A DNA stretch of 64,000 nucleotides from an uncultured Candidatus Rokubacteria bacterium (GTDB taxonomy: Bacteria > Methylomirabilota > Methylomirabilia > Rokubacteriales > CSP1-6). The position numbers and the translations under genes were made by a program. Under the pieces are notes generated by a model. That model was not told where the DNA came from. It made no database searches and saw only the letters and a list, made by a program, of their open reading frames with translations. Shown here piece by piece: positions 47,700-56,571 of this stretch (positions are counted from its first letter, which is position 1; each line of letters begins with the position of its first letter). The DNA is taken from the NCBI GenBank assembly GCA_963771355.1, contig CAVYTA010000006.1:1472001-1536000 (forward strand), given 5' to 3'.

Positions 47700-47812
47700 G
47701 GCGAGCCGCAGCCCGCAGTGGGAGCCGCAGCCGTAGGCGAGGCGACCATCCAAGAAATCGAGGCGAGCGGATACATGATGGGGTCCGAGCGGAGCGAGGC
47801 GAGGCGAGCGGA
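47700..47812 (+). repeat. Cluster of REP-like repeats
   Basis: GAGCCGCAGCC twice, GGCGAGGCGA twice and GAGGCGAGCGGA twice; same family as 43044-43078. Confidence 0.6.
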
Positions 47813-47815
47813 CTC

Positions 47816-48457
47816 ATGACGGACGAGATGACCCGTTACTACGCCGAGCGGGCGGCGGAGTATGACCGCGTCTATTCCCACCCGGCCTGGGCCCGGGACC
47901 TTCCCCGGCTCGGCGAGCGGATCGAGGCGCTCTTCCCCGGGCGCCGCGTGTTCGAGGTCGCCTGCGGCACCGGCTACTGGACGGAGCGCGTGGCCCGCGT
48001 GGCGGCGCGCGTTCACGCCGAGGATCTCAGCGCCGAGACGCTCGCCCTCGCCCGCCGACGCCCCTACGCCCCCGCCACCGTGACCCTGGCGCGCCACGAC
48101 GCCTACGTGCCGGGAATCGGCGGATTCGACGGCGGCCTGGCCGCGCTCTGGCTCTCCCATGTCGATCTCGCGCGGATGGACGACTTTCTGGCCGCCTTCC
48201 ACTCGCGGCTCGAGCGAGGGGCGGTCGTATTCATGTTCGACGAGCGCGACACGCCGGACCGGCCGGCGGCCGCCAGCCGCGTGGACGAGGCGGGCAATCG
48301 CTACGAGCGGCGCCGACTCGCGGCGGGAGGGGAGTTCGAGATCGTGAAGAACTTCTTCGACGGCGACGGGCTCGCGCGCCGACTCGCCGCGCATGGACGG
48401 GCGTTCGCCTTCGAGGAGCTCGAGCGCTTCTGGATGCTCGCCTACCGCGCGCGCTAG
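47816..48457 (+). CDS. Class I SAM-dependent methyltransferase
   Basis: YYAERAAEYD, FEVACGTGYWT and WLSHV motifs. Confidence 0.85.
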   Translation: MTDEMTRYYAERAAEYDRVYSHPAWARDLPRLGERIEALFPGRRVFEVACGTGYWTERVARVAARVHAEDLSAETLALARRRPYAPATVTLARHDAYVPGIGGFDGGLAALWLSHVDLARMDDFLAAFHSRLERGAVVFMFDERDTPDRPAAASRVDEAGNRYERRRLAAGGEFEIVKNFFDGDGLARRLAAHGRAFAFEELERFWMLAYRAR

Positions 48458-49521
48458 GCGGCGGGAGGCGCGGCCCGGCGGGAGCGGACGGCCTTGGCGA
48501 GGTCGGTGAGGACCGGTAGCGTGAGGTCCCAGCCCAGGCAGGCGTCGGTGATGCTCTGACCGTATCGAAGCGGCTGGCCGGCCACGAGGTCCTGCCGGCC
48601 GTCCTCGAGAAAGCTCTCCAGCATCACGCCGAAGATGCTCCGGTCTCCTGCCCCCACCTGCTCGGCGATGTCCCCCGCCACGATCGGCTGGCGGCGATAG
48701 TCCTTGCCGCTATTGCCGTGGCTGGCGTCGATCATGAGGCGCGGCGGCAGTCCCGCCGCGCGTAGCGCGTCCCCCACCCGGGCCACGCTCGCGGCGTCGT
48801 GGTTGGGGCCGGTCTGGCCGCCGCGGAGAATCACGTGGCAGTCGGGATTGCCCCGCGTGGCCACGATGGCGCCCAGGCCCTGCTCGGTCACGCCGAGAAA
48901 GCTGTGAGGATGGGCGCTCGAGCGGACGGCGTCGATGGCGATCTGGACGCCCCCGTCGGTGCCGTTCTTGAAGCCCACCGGCATGGACAGGCCCGAGGCC
49001 AGCTCCCGGTGCACCTGGCTCTCCGTGGTACGGGCGCCGATGGCGCCCCAGGACACCAGGTCGGAGGTGAACTGCGGCGAGATGGGATCCAGGAACTCGC
49101 AGCCGGCGGGCAGTCCCAGCTCTGCCAGGTCGAGCAGCAGCCGGCGCGCCCGGCGCAGCCCTTCGTTGATGGCAAAGCTGCCGTCGAGTCGCGGGTCGTT
49201 GATCAGCCCCTTCCAGCCCACGGTGGTCCGGGGCTTCTCGAAGTACACCCGCATCACGATGCAGAGGTCGCCCGCCAGGTCATCGGCCAGGGACTTCAGC
49301 CGGCGTCCGTACTCGAGGCCGGCGACGGGGTCGTGGATGGAGCAGGGGCCCACGACGACCACCAGACGGTCGTCCGCACCGCGGAGCACGGCCGAGACCT
49401 CGTCCCGGCCCCGGGTCACCGTGGCGGAGCTCCGCTCGCCCAGGGGCACCTCCTCGAGGAGGATGGCCGGGGGCACCAGGGGGCGAAAATTCTCGACGCG
49501 AAGATCACGGGTACGGTGCAT
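48454..49521 (-). CDS. Class I (alpha) DAHP synthase (AroF/G/H type)
   Basis: GPCSIHD, RVYFEKPRTTVGWKG, IGARTTESQ, IDASHGNS and SITDAC motifs. Confidence 0.95.
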   Translation of the reverse strand: MHRTRDLRVENFRPLVPPAILLEEVPLGERSSATVTRGRDEVSAVLRGADDRLVVVVGPCSIHDPVAGLEYGRRLKSLADDLAGDLCIVMRVYFEKPRTTVGWKGLINDPRLDGSFAINEGLRRARRLLLDLAELGLPAGCEFLDPISPQFTSDLVSWGAIGARTTESQVHRELASGLSMPVGFKNGTDGGVQIAIDAVRSSAHPHSFLGVTEQGLGAIVATRGNPDCHVILRGGQTGPNHDAASVARVGDALRAAGLPPRLMIDASHGNSGKDYRRQPIVAGDIAEQVGAGDRSIFGVMLESFLEDGRQDLVAGQPLRYGQSITDACLGWDLTLPVLTDLAKAVRSRRAAPPAA

Positions 49522-49579
49522 GCTCTTGGCTCAGGCGGCCATTATGCCTCAAGAAGACCGGAAGTCGAGAGTTGCTAAG

Positions 49580-49674
49580 TGTCGACCCCCTTTACATTTT
49601 CCACACGATCGCGAGGAGCACATCATCCAAGTGCCGATACAATCGCGCCTCGTGGGTGTGGCATCCCCCGTGCT
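49580..49674 (+). promoter_or_regulatory. Enhancer TGT-N11-ACA plus sigma54 promoter
   Basis: TGTCGACCCCCTTTACA at 49580-49596; TGGCATCCCCCGTGCT (GG-N10-GC) at 49659-49674. Confidence 0.7.
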
Positions 49675-49708
49675 ATCACGCACTGGTTGCCAAAAAGGAG
49701 CCTCGCTC

Positions 49709-49924
49709 ATGTCCCCTGTCGCCCCTCGCAGGGCCCGGTGGTCCGGGCTTGCGACCCTGCTGCTCGTCATGCTGCTTCCCGGTCCGGCGGTCGCCCTCAC
49801 ACGGACGGCCGAGGTGCCTCAGCCGGAGAGCCTGCTGCTCCTGGGGGTGGGGCTGATCCTGGTCGCGGTGGTTGTGGGCTGGGCGCGACGGCGGCCCAAC
49901 CAGCGGCCCAGCCAGGACCGCTAG
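49709..49924 (+). CDS. Minimal PEP-CTERM-like protein (71 aa)
   Basis: AAGGAG RBS; signal peptide ending AVA, then LTRTAE, VPQPESLLLLGVGL TM helix and RRR. Confidence 0.75.
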   Translation: MSPVAPRRARWSGLATLLLVMLLPGPAVALTRTAEVPQPESLLLLGVGLILVAVVVGWARRRPNQRPSQDR

Positions 49925-49928
49925 GCTT

Positions 49929-50726
49929 TCAGAACCAGCGGGGATCGCCCGGCAGGACGGGCACGGGCTTGCCATCCACCCGGATGATGCGGGGCCGAAT
50001 CGTGGGCACTTCACGGCGACCCAACCCCGCCACCGCCTCGGGCGCGCTCGGATATGCCGCCACCAGCTCCAGGTTCTTGAGGGTCGGCGTGCGCAGCGTG
50101 ATCTCGTTCCGTTGGAGCGCGTCCATCGCCTCCTTCGGAGACAGCCAGCGCAGGTTGACGATCTCGTGACCGTCCACCTCGGGCTGCTGCCCCACCGGCG
50201 CCATGGCGGCAAAGAACCGCGTGTCGAAACGCAGGGGTTGCTCCTCCGGCGTGATCCAGTGGGCGAAGTACGCGAGCTGGTCGGTGGCGAGGGTGAGGTG
50301 CTCGGCGCGCAGCATGTCGAAGAAGGCGGTATTCGACTCCTGGCAGTCGGCCCGGTAGCCGGCGAAGCGCTCGCGGTCGGCCTCGGCGATGCGCAGCGGC
50401 GCCCCGGTGGGATCATAGGCGAGGAGCACGCCGACCTCCTCGAAGGCCTCGCGGATGGCGCCGATCCAGTAACCCAGGGCCTCACGCGGCCCGAGCCCCC
50501 CGCCCAGCCGGCCGGCCGCCCTGGCCGCGGTGAGGCCGGCGCACAGGCGCTCGCCATCGAGGGGGACGTCATCCTGCTCGACCTTGCCCCCCGCGAACAC
50601 GTAGTCGCCGGCGGCGAACTTGCTCTTCGAGTGACGCTGGATGAGGAGGGTCTCGAGCCCGCCGGCGGGACGGTCCCGGAGCAGCACGAGGGTGGCGGCG
50701 GGGGACGGGATGGCGGGCTCGGGCAT
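49929..50726 (-). CDS. NUDIX hydrolase
   Basis: AATLVLLRD, VFAGGKV, AIREAFEEVG and HWITP..RFDTRFF motifs. Confidence 0.88.
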   Translation of the reverse strand: MPEPAIPSPAATLVLLRDRPAGGLETLLIQRHSKSKFAAGDYVFAGGKVEQDDVPLDGERLCAGLTAARAAGRLGGGLGPREALGYWIGAIREAFEEVGVLLAYDPTGAPLRIAEADRERFAGYRADCQESNTAFFDMLRAEHLTLATDQLAYFAHWITPEEQPLRFDTRFFAAMAPVGQQPEVDGHEIVNLRWLSPKEAMDALQRNEITLRTPTLKNLELVAAYPSAPEAVAGLGRREVPTIRPRIIRVDGKPVPVLPGDPRWF

Positions 50727-50821
50727 GGGCGGCGCCGGTCGGCGCGTCGTGATTGTGACATGACTTACTTGACTCGCCGTAGGAATCCTGCCAGGGTATA
50801 CGCAGATTTGGGGGGAACGAC

Positions 50822-51112
50822 ATGAACGATCCGATGGCGGATCTCCGGAGACACCCGAGGTCCAAGGTGGCCTGGCCGGTGATCGTGGAGGCGGGGGGGC
50901 GCAGGTTCGAGCGTCACACCGTCAACCTCAGCCCCATCGGAGCCAAGGTGCGGCTCGAGGAAGAGTTGCCGGTGGGCAGCAATGCCCGCCTGCGCTTCCG
51001 GCCGCCTCAGGGTCAGCCGCTCGACGTGGACGCCGTCGTGTGGCGGTCCGACTCCGACGGGCCCGCGTTCTTCTTCGTGAGCGTCGATGACGCCGCGATG
51101 AGCCATGGCTGA
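50822..51112 (+). CDS. PilZ domain protein
   Basis: RRHPR (RxxxR) and NLSPIG (D/NxSxxG) c-di-GMP motifs. Confidence 0.82.
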   Translation: MNDPMADLRRHPRSKVAWPVIVEAGGRRFERHTVNLSPIGAKVRLEEELPVGSNARLRFRPPQGQPLDVDAVVWRSDSDGPAFFFVSVDDAAMSHG

Positions 51113-51210
51113 TCTCGCCGGGCGGCCCCGCGGCCGCTCTCCGCTCCGCCCGTAGCCGCACTCCCCCTCGTCCCCGGCACCCGCACGGCACCCCCGCACA
51201 AGGAGGCACC

Positions 51211-51672
51211 ATGGGCGCGGAAGCACGGATCAAGGAGCTGGGTATCACCCTGCCGCCCCCGCCGAAGCCGGCGGGCAACTACGTCCCCGGCGTGCGCGTC
51301 GGCAACCTGCTCTTCCTGTCCGGACACGGCCCCCTCCACGTGGAGGGCAAGACCCGGCCCCAGGGCAAGGTCGGGCGCGAGATCTCGCCGGAAGAGGGCT
51401 ACAAGATCGCGCGCGAGATCGGTATCAACCTCCTCGGCTCCACCCGCTCGCTGCTCGGAAGCCTCGACAAGGTGAAGCGCGTGGTGAAGGTGCTGGGCAT
51501 GGTGAACTCCGCCGACGGCTTCGGCGAGCAGCCCAAGGTGATCAACGGGTTCTCCGACCTGATGGTCGAGGTGTTCGGCGACAGCGGCCGCCATGCCCGC
51601 TCCGCGGTGGGGATGGGGGAGCTGCCCTTCGGCATCCCCGTCGAGATCGAGATGGTCCTGGAGGTCGAGTAG
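51211..51672 (+). CDS. RidA/YjgF family protein
   Basis: AGNYVP, LFLSGH, HARSAVG and PVEIE motifs. Confidence 0.9.
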   Translation: MGAEARIKELGITLPPPPKPAGNYVPGVRVGNLLFLSGHGPLHVEGKTRPQGKVGREISPEEGYKIAREIGINLLGSTRSLLGSLDKVKRVVKVLGMVNSADGFGEQPKVINGFSDLMVEVFGDSGRHARSAVGMGELPFGIPVEIEMVLEVE

Positions 51673-51676
51673 CGGG

Positions 51677-52444
51677 TCAGCCCGCGCCGAGGAGCTCGGG
51701 CACGGTCTCGAGCGCCTCGGCGATGCGCGGGCCGTACCAGGTCAGCAGCTTGCCGTCCACGAGGTGGATCCGCCCCTCGCGCACCGCGGGGACGTCGGGA
51801 TAGGCCTCGAAGTCCCGGGCGTGCACGCGGCGGAACCGATACGGCTCGTCGGGCAGCAGGATCACCTCCGGCGCCGCCCGCGCCACGTCCTCCAGCGTGA
51901 TCGTCGGGTAGCGCGAGCCGTGGTCGGCGAACACGTTGTCACCCCCGCAATCCGCCAGCATGTGATGCGCGTAGGTGTCACGGCTCAGCGTCATCCACGG
52001 CTTGCGCCAGATGGGGTAGAACACGCGCGGAGCCCGACGGCCGGCCAGCCGCGCGCGCGTCTCGCGGTGCCGCGCCTCGAGCGCATCGGCGAGCGCGTGA
52101 CCGCGCGCCTCCGCGCCCACCACCTCCCCCAGCTCGCGCACGAGCGCGATGCCCTCGGTGACGGTCCGCGGGTAGCTGACGTGGACCATGATGCCCCAGC
52201 CCCGAAGGGTCTCCACGTGCTCGCGCAGGTTCTCCTCGACGTTGGCGAGGACGAGGTCGGCGCCGAGCTCACGGATGAGCTCGAGGTTGGGGTTCTTCTC
52301 GCCGCCGACGCGCGTCGTGCGCGCCACGCCCTCGGGGGGCTGGGTGCAGAAGATGGTGCAGCCGGCCACCGCGTCGCCGACGCCCAGCGTGAAGAGGATC
52401 TCGGTGAGGCTGGGCACGAGCGAGACGATACGGCGGGGTGCCAC
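51677..52444 (-). CDS. Helical-backbone metal receptor (BtuF-like)
   Basis: RIVSLVPSLTE, VGGEKNP, ANVEEN and LPDEPY motifs; no signal peptide seen. Confidence 0.82.
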   Translation of the reverse strand: MAPRRIVSLVPSLTEILFTLGVGDAVAGCTIFCTQPPEGVARTTRVGGEKNPNLELIRELGADLVLANVEENLREHVETLRGWGIMVHVSYPRTVTEGIALVRELGEVVGAEARGHALADALEARHRETRARLAGRRAPRVFYPIWRKPWMTLSRDTYAHHMLADCGGDNVFADHGSRYPTITLEDVARAAPEVILLPDEPYRFRRVHARDFEAYPDVPAVREGRIHLVDGKLLTWYGPRIAEALETVPELLGAG

Positions 52445-52626
52445 TAGAGCTTGGCCGCGCGCTCCGAGAGGCGCTCGATCAGCGCGATGAGGTCCTTGAG
52501 GTGGGTGCGGAGCTCGGCCTCCGCCTTGCGCGCGGCATCGCCGGAGCCGCTTCCGACCGCCTCCTCGAAGGCCGTCACCGCCACGCCGAAGAGCTTGAGA
52601 GTCTGGCGCGTGCCGTCGTCCGCCAT
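52444..52626 (-). CDS. Small hypothetical helical protein (60 aa)
   Basis: Stop overlaps the next start; TATGCT -10 lies 7 nt upstream of the ATG. Confidence 0.6.
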   Translation of the reverse strand: MADDGTRQTLKLFGVAVTAFEEAVGSGSGDAARKAEAELRTHLKDLIALIERLSERAAKL

Positions 52627-52712
52627 CGCGGAAAGCATACCACGCGCTCGACGCCCGGGTATGGCCGCACAATCGCCCTCGGGCCCCCGAAGCCCCGAGG
52701 TAGACTTGCGCC

Positions 52713-53876
52713 ATGCGGAAGCGCTCGATGGCGATCGCGACCGGCCGCATGGCGGTCACGGGTCCTGCCGCCGCCGCCGACCGCCTCGCCCTCCATCGGG
52801 CCGCGCTCTGGACCCTCCTCGCCGCCAAGCTCGTGACCGGTTGGGGCGTGCAGTGGGATATCCAGTGGCACGTCCTCATCGGCCGGGATACCTTCTGGAT
52901 CGCCCCGCATGTCATGACCTATCTGGGCGTCACCCTGGCCGGGCTCATCTCCTTCGGCCTGCTCGCCGGGGACACCCTGCGCGGCGGACCGCCCGCGGGC
53001 GCCCTCCGGATCGCCGGGCTCGTCAGCACGCGCGGTGTCCACCTCGCCGCCTGGGGCATGGCGCTCACCGTGCTCGCGGCGCCCATCGACGATCTCTGGC
53101 ATCGCCTCTTCGGGCTGGACGTCACGCTGTGGAGCCCCCCGCACCTCCTCGGCATCGCGGGCGGCATCGTCAATAGCTGGGGCATCCTCCTCATGGCCGG
53201 CGAGCTCTATCCCGCCGGACCCTGGCGGCTCGCCGCGCTCCTTCTCGGGAGCGCCTCGCTCTACCGCGGCCTCCACCTCACCGTGGACCCCGCGACCCTC
53301 ACCGCCTATAGCCGGGGCGGCATCTTCTTCTTCGCCTGGGCAATCCTCTCCGCTCTGGTGCTGCCCGCCGCGCTCATCCCCATCGCGCGGCTGGTGGGGC
53401 GCTGGGCGCCCCTGGCGGTGTTGTTCGTCGTGATCATCACCGGCATGATCGGCCTGGAAATCGCGCGGATCGGCTTCCAGACCCTGCAGCCCGTCTCGGT
53501 CATCGAGGAGGAAATCGCGCGCGAGCCCGACTCGCCCATCGCGCTCGCCACCGCCATCGCGCGGAAGAACGGCCACGGGCCGGGACAGGTGGGCGGCCTC
53601 CTCTACCTCGTGAGCGCGCTGCCCATCTTCCTCTTCTGCATGGTGGACGCGCGCCGGCGGCCCATTACCGCCACCCTCATCTATGCGGCGACGCTCTGCC
53701 TCACCACCGCGTGGGCGCTCGGGCATACGCCCGCGTTCGCGCCGCTGGTCCCCGGCGGAGCCGTCGCCGCGATGGCCCTGGTCCTCGCGCTGGGGGCCGG
53801 CCTCGCGGGAGGCTCCCTCGCCCTGAGGCTCGCCGACGCCCTCGCGCCCGCTGCCGCCGACCCCGCGCCCCGCTAG
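52713..53876 (+). CDS. Polytopic membrane protein with two DxxWH...PH motifs (AmoC/PmoC-like)
   Basis: WDIQWHVLIGRDTFWIAPH and IDDLWHRLFGLDVTLWSPPH; multiple TM helices. Confidence 0.7.
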   Translation: MRKRSMAIATGRMAVTGPAAAADRLALHRAALWTLLAAKLVTGWGVQWDIQWHVLIGRDTFWIAPHVMTYLGVTLAGLISFGLLAGDTLRGGPPAGALRIAGLVSTRGVHLAAWGMALTVLAAPIDDLWHRLFGLDVTLWSPPHLLGIAGGIVNSWGILLMAGELYPAGPWRLAALLLGSASLYRGLHLTVDPATLTAYSRGGIFFFAWAILSALVLPAALIPIARLVGRWAPLAVLFVVIITGMIGLEIARIGFQTLQPVSVIEEEIAREPDSPIALATAIARKNGHGPGQVGGLLYLVSALPIFLFCMVDARRRPITATLIYAATLCLTTAWALGHTPAFAPLVPGGAVAAMALVLALGAGLAGGSLALRLADALAPAAADPAPR

Positions 53877-53877
53877 C

Positions 53878-54939
53878 ATGGACGACCGCGACACCGAGCC
53901 CGTCCGCGGTGACGAGGTCCTCGACGCGCGAGCGCTCGATGCGTATCTCCGGCCGCGGCTCCCCGACGTGATGGGCGAGCTCGAGATCGAGCAATTCCCC
54001 GGCGGCCACTCGAACCTGACCTATCTGCTCCGCTGGAGCGATCACGAGTACGTCCTGCGCCGCCCGCCGCTGGGTCCGCTCGTGCCCAGGGCCCATGACA
54101 TGGGGCGCGAGCACCGGGTGCTCGAGGCGCTGTGGCCCGTGTTCCCGCCCGCGCCGCGCCCCTGGCACCTCTGCGAGGACCCGGACGTGATCGGCGCGCC
54201 CTTCTACGTGATGGAGCGGCGGCGCGGCGTGGTGGTGCGCCGCGCGCTGCCACCGCAGTGGGCGGCGGACGAGCAGGCGCGCCGGGCGCTGGGCGAGACC
54301 GTGGTGGACACCATGGTGGCGCTGCACGCGGTGGATTTCGTCGGCGCCGGCCTCGGAGCGCTGGGCCGTCCGGAGGGGTTCATGGCCCGTCAGGTGCGGG
54401 GCTGGGCCGAGCGCTGGAAGGGCGCCCGTGATCGGGACGTGCCCGCCATCGAGACCCTCGCCGCCTGGCTCGCCGCGCGCGTCCCCGCCCCGCCCGCGCC
54501 CACCCTCGTCCACGGCGATCTCAAGCTCGACAATCTCATGGTGGCCGCGGATGACCCGCGGCGCGTGGTGGCGGTGCTCGACTGGGAGATGTGCACGACG
54601 GGGGACCCGCTCGCCGATCTCGGCACCCTCCTCGGCTACTGGACCTCCGAGGGCGATCCCTATGCCCGTGCCGAGCACGGCGGCTACGTGAGCGAGCAGC
54701 TCGGCTTCCCCACCCGCGACGAGATCGTTGCGCGCTACGCGGCGCGGAGCGGCCGCGACGTGTCGCGCATCGCCTTCTACGAGGTGTTCGCGCGCTACAA
54801 GACGGCGGTGGTGGTCCAGCAGATCTACATCCGCTGGAAGCGCGGTCAGACCCGCGACGCCCGCTTCGGGCAGATGGCGCCGCGGGTCGAAGCCCTCGCG
54901 CACTCCGCGCTCGCGCTCGCCGAGCGCTCCGGCCTCTAG
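53878..54939 (+). CDS. Phosphotransferase family protein (APH/ACAD10-N-like)
   Basis: GGHSNLTY, VLRRPP, HGDLKLDN and LDWEM motifs. Confidence 0.9.
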   Translation: MDDRDTEPVRGDEVLDARALDAYLRPRLPDVMGELEIEQFPGGHSNLTYLLRWSDHEYVLRRPPLGPLVPRAHDMGREHRVLEALWPVFPPAPRPWHLCEDPDVIGAPFYVMERRRGVVVRRALPPQWAADEQARRALGETVVDTMVALHAVDFVGAGLGALGRPEGFMARQVRGWAERWKGARDRDVPAIETLAAWLAARVPAPPAPTLVHGDLKLDNLMVAADDPRRVVAVLDWEMCTTGDPLADLGTLLGYWTSEGDPYARAEHGGYVSEQLGFPTRDEIVARYAARSGRDVSRIAFYEVFARYKTAVVVQQIYIRWKRGQTRDARFGQMAPRVEALAHSALALAERSGL

Positions 54940-54940
54940 G

Positions 54941-55675
54941 TTAGCGGACGGGGCCGCGGAGTCCGGCGCCCCGGAGCGCGGCTTCGCGTCGAAGCAGCTG
55001 GCGGATACTCAGGGCGTGCAGCGCCCATGCGAACGGCACCAGAAAAGCGGGCAGCCAGATCCATGGGAGGTAGGCGATGAAGGTCACCGGGGGCTGGGTC
55101 ATGAAGACCCGGAACGGGGTGGGCGCCGACAGCTGGGCATGCACCACCACGTTGAGCAGGATGAGGATCCCCGCCACGTTCCACCACACCGCCGCGCGGA
55201 ACGACCAGGCGCGCCGACCGAAGCACTGCCACGCGATGAGCGGCGCGGTGAGCCCCACCACGATGTCCACGTTGCGCCCCTCGAAGGTCATGATGGCGGG
55301 AATGGCGCCCACCACGAAGAGCTGCCAGAGAATGAGCTCCATCACGATGCGGAAGGCCTGGGGGTAGACCAGCCAGCCGGGGGGAACCTCGTCGAGCAGG
55401 CGCCCGACCGCCGCCGAGCGGCACAGCCAGAGGATGGCGAGTAGCGGCGGCACGAACGCGAGCACGATGCGCGGGGGAATGCGGGCGAAGTCCTCGAAGA
55501 GACCGGCGGCCGCGAGCACCGCGGTCACGCCCAGCCAGCCATCCACCGCCAGCGACGCGACCGCCGCCGCGCCCCCGCCGCGCCGGAGCGCCACCGCCAC
55601 CAACAGCAGCGTCGCCACGCCCAGCACCAAGGCAATGAAGGCGACGGTCAGCCAGACGGGGACGGGGGCGGGCAC
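54941..55675 (-). CDS. Hypothetical membrane protein
   Basis: Hydrophobic ORF; QAFRIVME, GRNVDI and PWIWLPAFLVP. Confidence 0.75.
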   Translation of the reverse strand: MPAPVPVWLTVAFIALVLGVATLLLVAVALRRGGGAAAVASLAVDGWLGVTAVLAAAGLFEDFARIPPRIVLAFVPPLLAILWLCRSAAVGRLLDEVPPGWLVYPQAFRIVMELILWQLFVVGAIPAIMTFEGRNVDIVVGLTAPLIAWQCFGRRAWSFRAAVWWNVAGILILLNVVVHAQLSAPTPFRVFMTQPPVTFIAYLPWIWLPAFLVPFAWALHALSIRQLLRREAALRGAGLRGPVR

Positions 55676-55685
55676 GCGGGGAGCC

Positions 55686-56549
55686 TCAGCGGGCGAGCGC
55701 GTCCATCAGGTCACGGGACAGCGTGCCCGTGTACACCTCCTCCACCGGACCCTGGAGGCGGATGGACCAGTCCGGGCGCACGTCGATCTGGAGCGTGCCG
55801 CCGGGCATGCGCACCGTGACCCGGCCGTGATCGCAGTGCCCGTTCTTCACCGCCGCGCAGGCCACCGCGCTGGACGACGAGCCCGAGGCCAGCGTCCAGC
55901 CCGCCCCTCGCTCCCAGATGAGGATGTCCACCTGGTCGCGCGAGACGACGCGCGCGAACTGGACATTGGTGCGGTTGGGAAAGGCGGGATGATGCTCGAT
56001 GAGGGGGCCGAGCCGGCGTACCAGGGCCTCGTCCAGCCGGTCGGTGAAGACCACGCAGTGCGGGTTGCCCACCGACACCGCGGTGACGATCAGGGTGCGG
56101 TCCGCGACCTGCAGCGGCACCTTCACCACCTCGCGCTCGGGCCCGTTCATGGGGATCTCGGGCGCGACGAAGGTGCAGCGGCCCATCTCCACCGTGACCT
56201 CGTTCACCCGCCCGTCCTTCACGTGGCACTGGCATTCCACGCGCCCGCCCATGGTATCCACCGTGAAGGTGGGCCGGCGCGCGTGGCCGTGGTCGTGGAG
56301 GTACTTGGCGAAGATACGGAGGCCGTTCCCCGATTTCTCCGCCTCGCTCCCGTCCGGATTGAAGATGCGCAGGCCGAAGTCCGCGCCGGCCCACGCGGGC
56401 ACCAGGAGCAGGATGCCGTCGGATCCCACGCCCCAGTTCCGGTCGCAGATCTTCTCGATCTGGGGGGGCGTGAGCGCCGCCGGCAGATCGGCGCCGTTGA
56501 TGACGATGTAGTCGTTGCCGAGTCCGTGGCCCTTCGCGAACGGGATCAT
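55686..56549 (-). CDS. dapF: Diaminopimelate epimerase, Ser/Ser active-site variant
   Basis: FAKGHGLGNDY, GSDG, AEKSGNG, GNPH, RTNVQF and WERGAGWTLASGSS motifs. Confidence 0.85.
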   Translation of the reverse strand: MIPFAKGHGLGNDYIVINGADLPAALTPPQIEKICDRNWGVGSDGILLLVPAWAGADFGLRIFNPDGSEAEKSGNGLRIFAKYLHDHGHARRPTFTVDTMGGRVECQCHVKDGRVNEVTVEMGRCTFVAPEIPMNGPEREVVKVPLQVADRTLIVTAVSVGNPHCVVFTDRLDEALVRRLGPLIEHHPAFPNRTNVQFARVVSRDQVDILIWERGAGWTLASGSSSSAVACAAVKNGHCDHGRVTVRMPGGTLQIDVRPDWSIRLQGPVEEVYTGTLSRDLMDALAR

Positions 56550-56571
56550 GTGGGCTCCATGGTGGGGGTGT

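Noticed and set aside
47700..47812. Possible CRISPR array
   Set aside because: Repeats are short and irregular without unique constant-length spacers; no cas genes in the window
50754..50769. CRP-like site TGTGA-N6-TTACT upstream of the PilZ gene
   Set aside because: Only one half-site matches well; insufficient support
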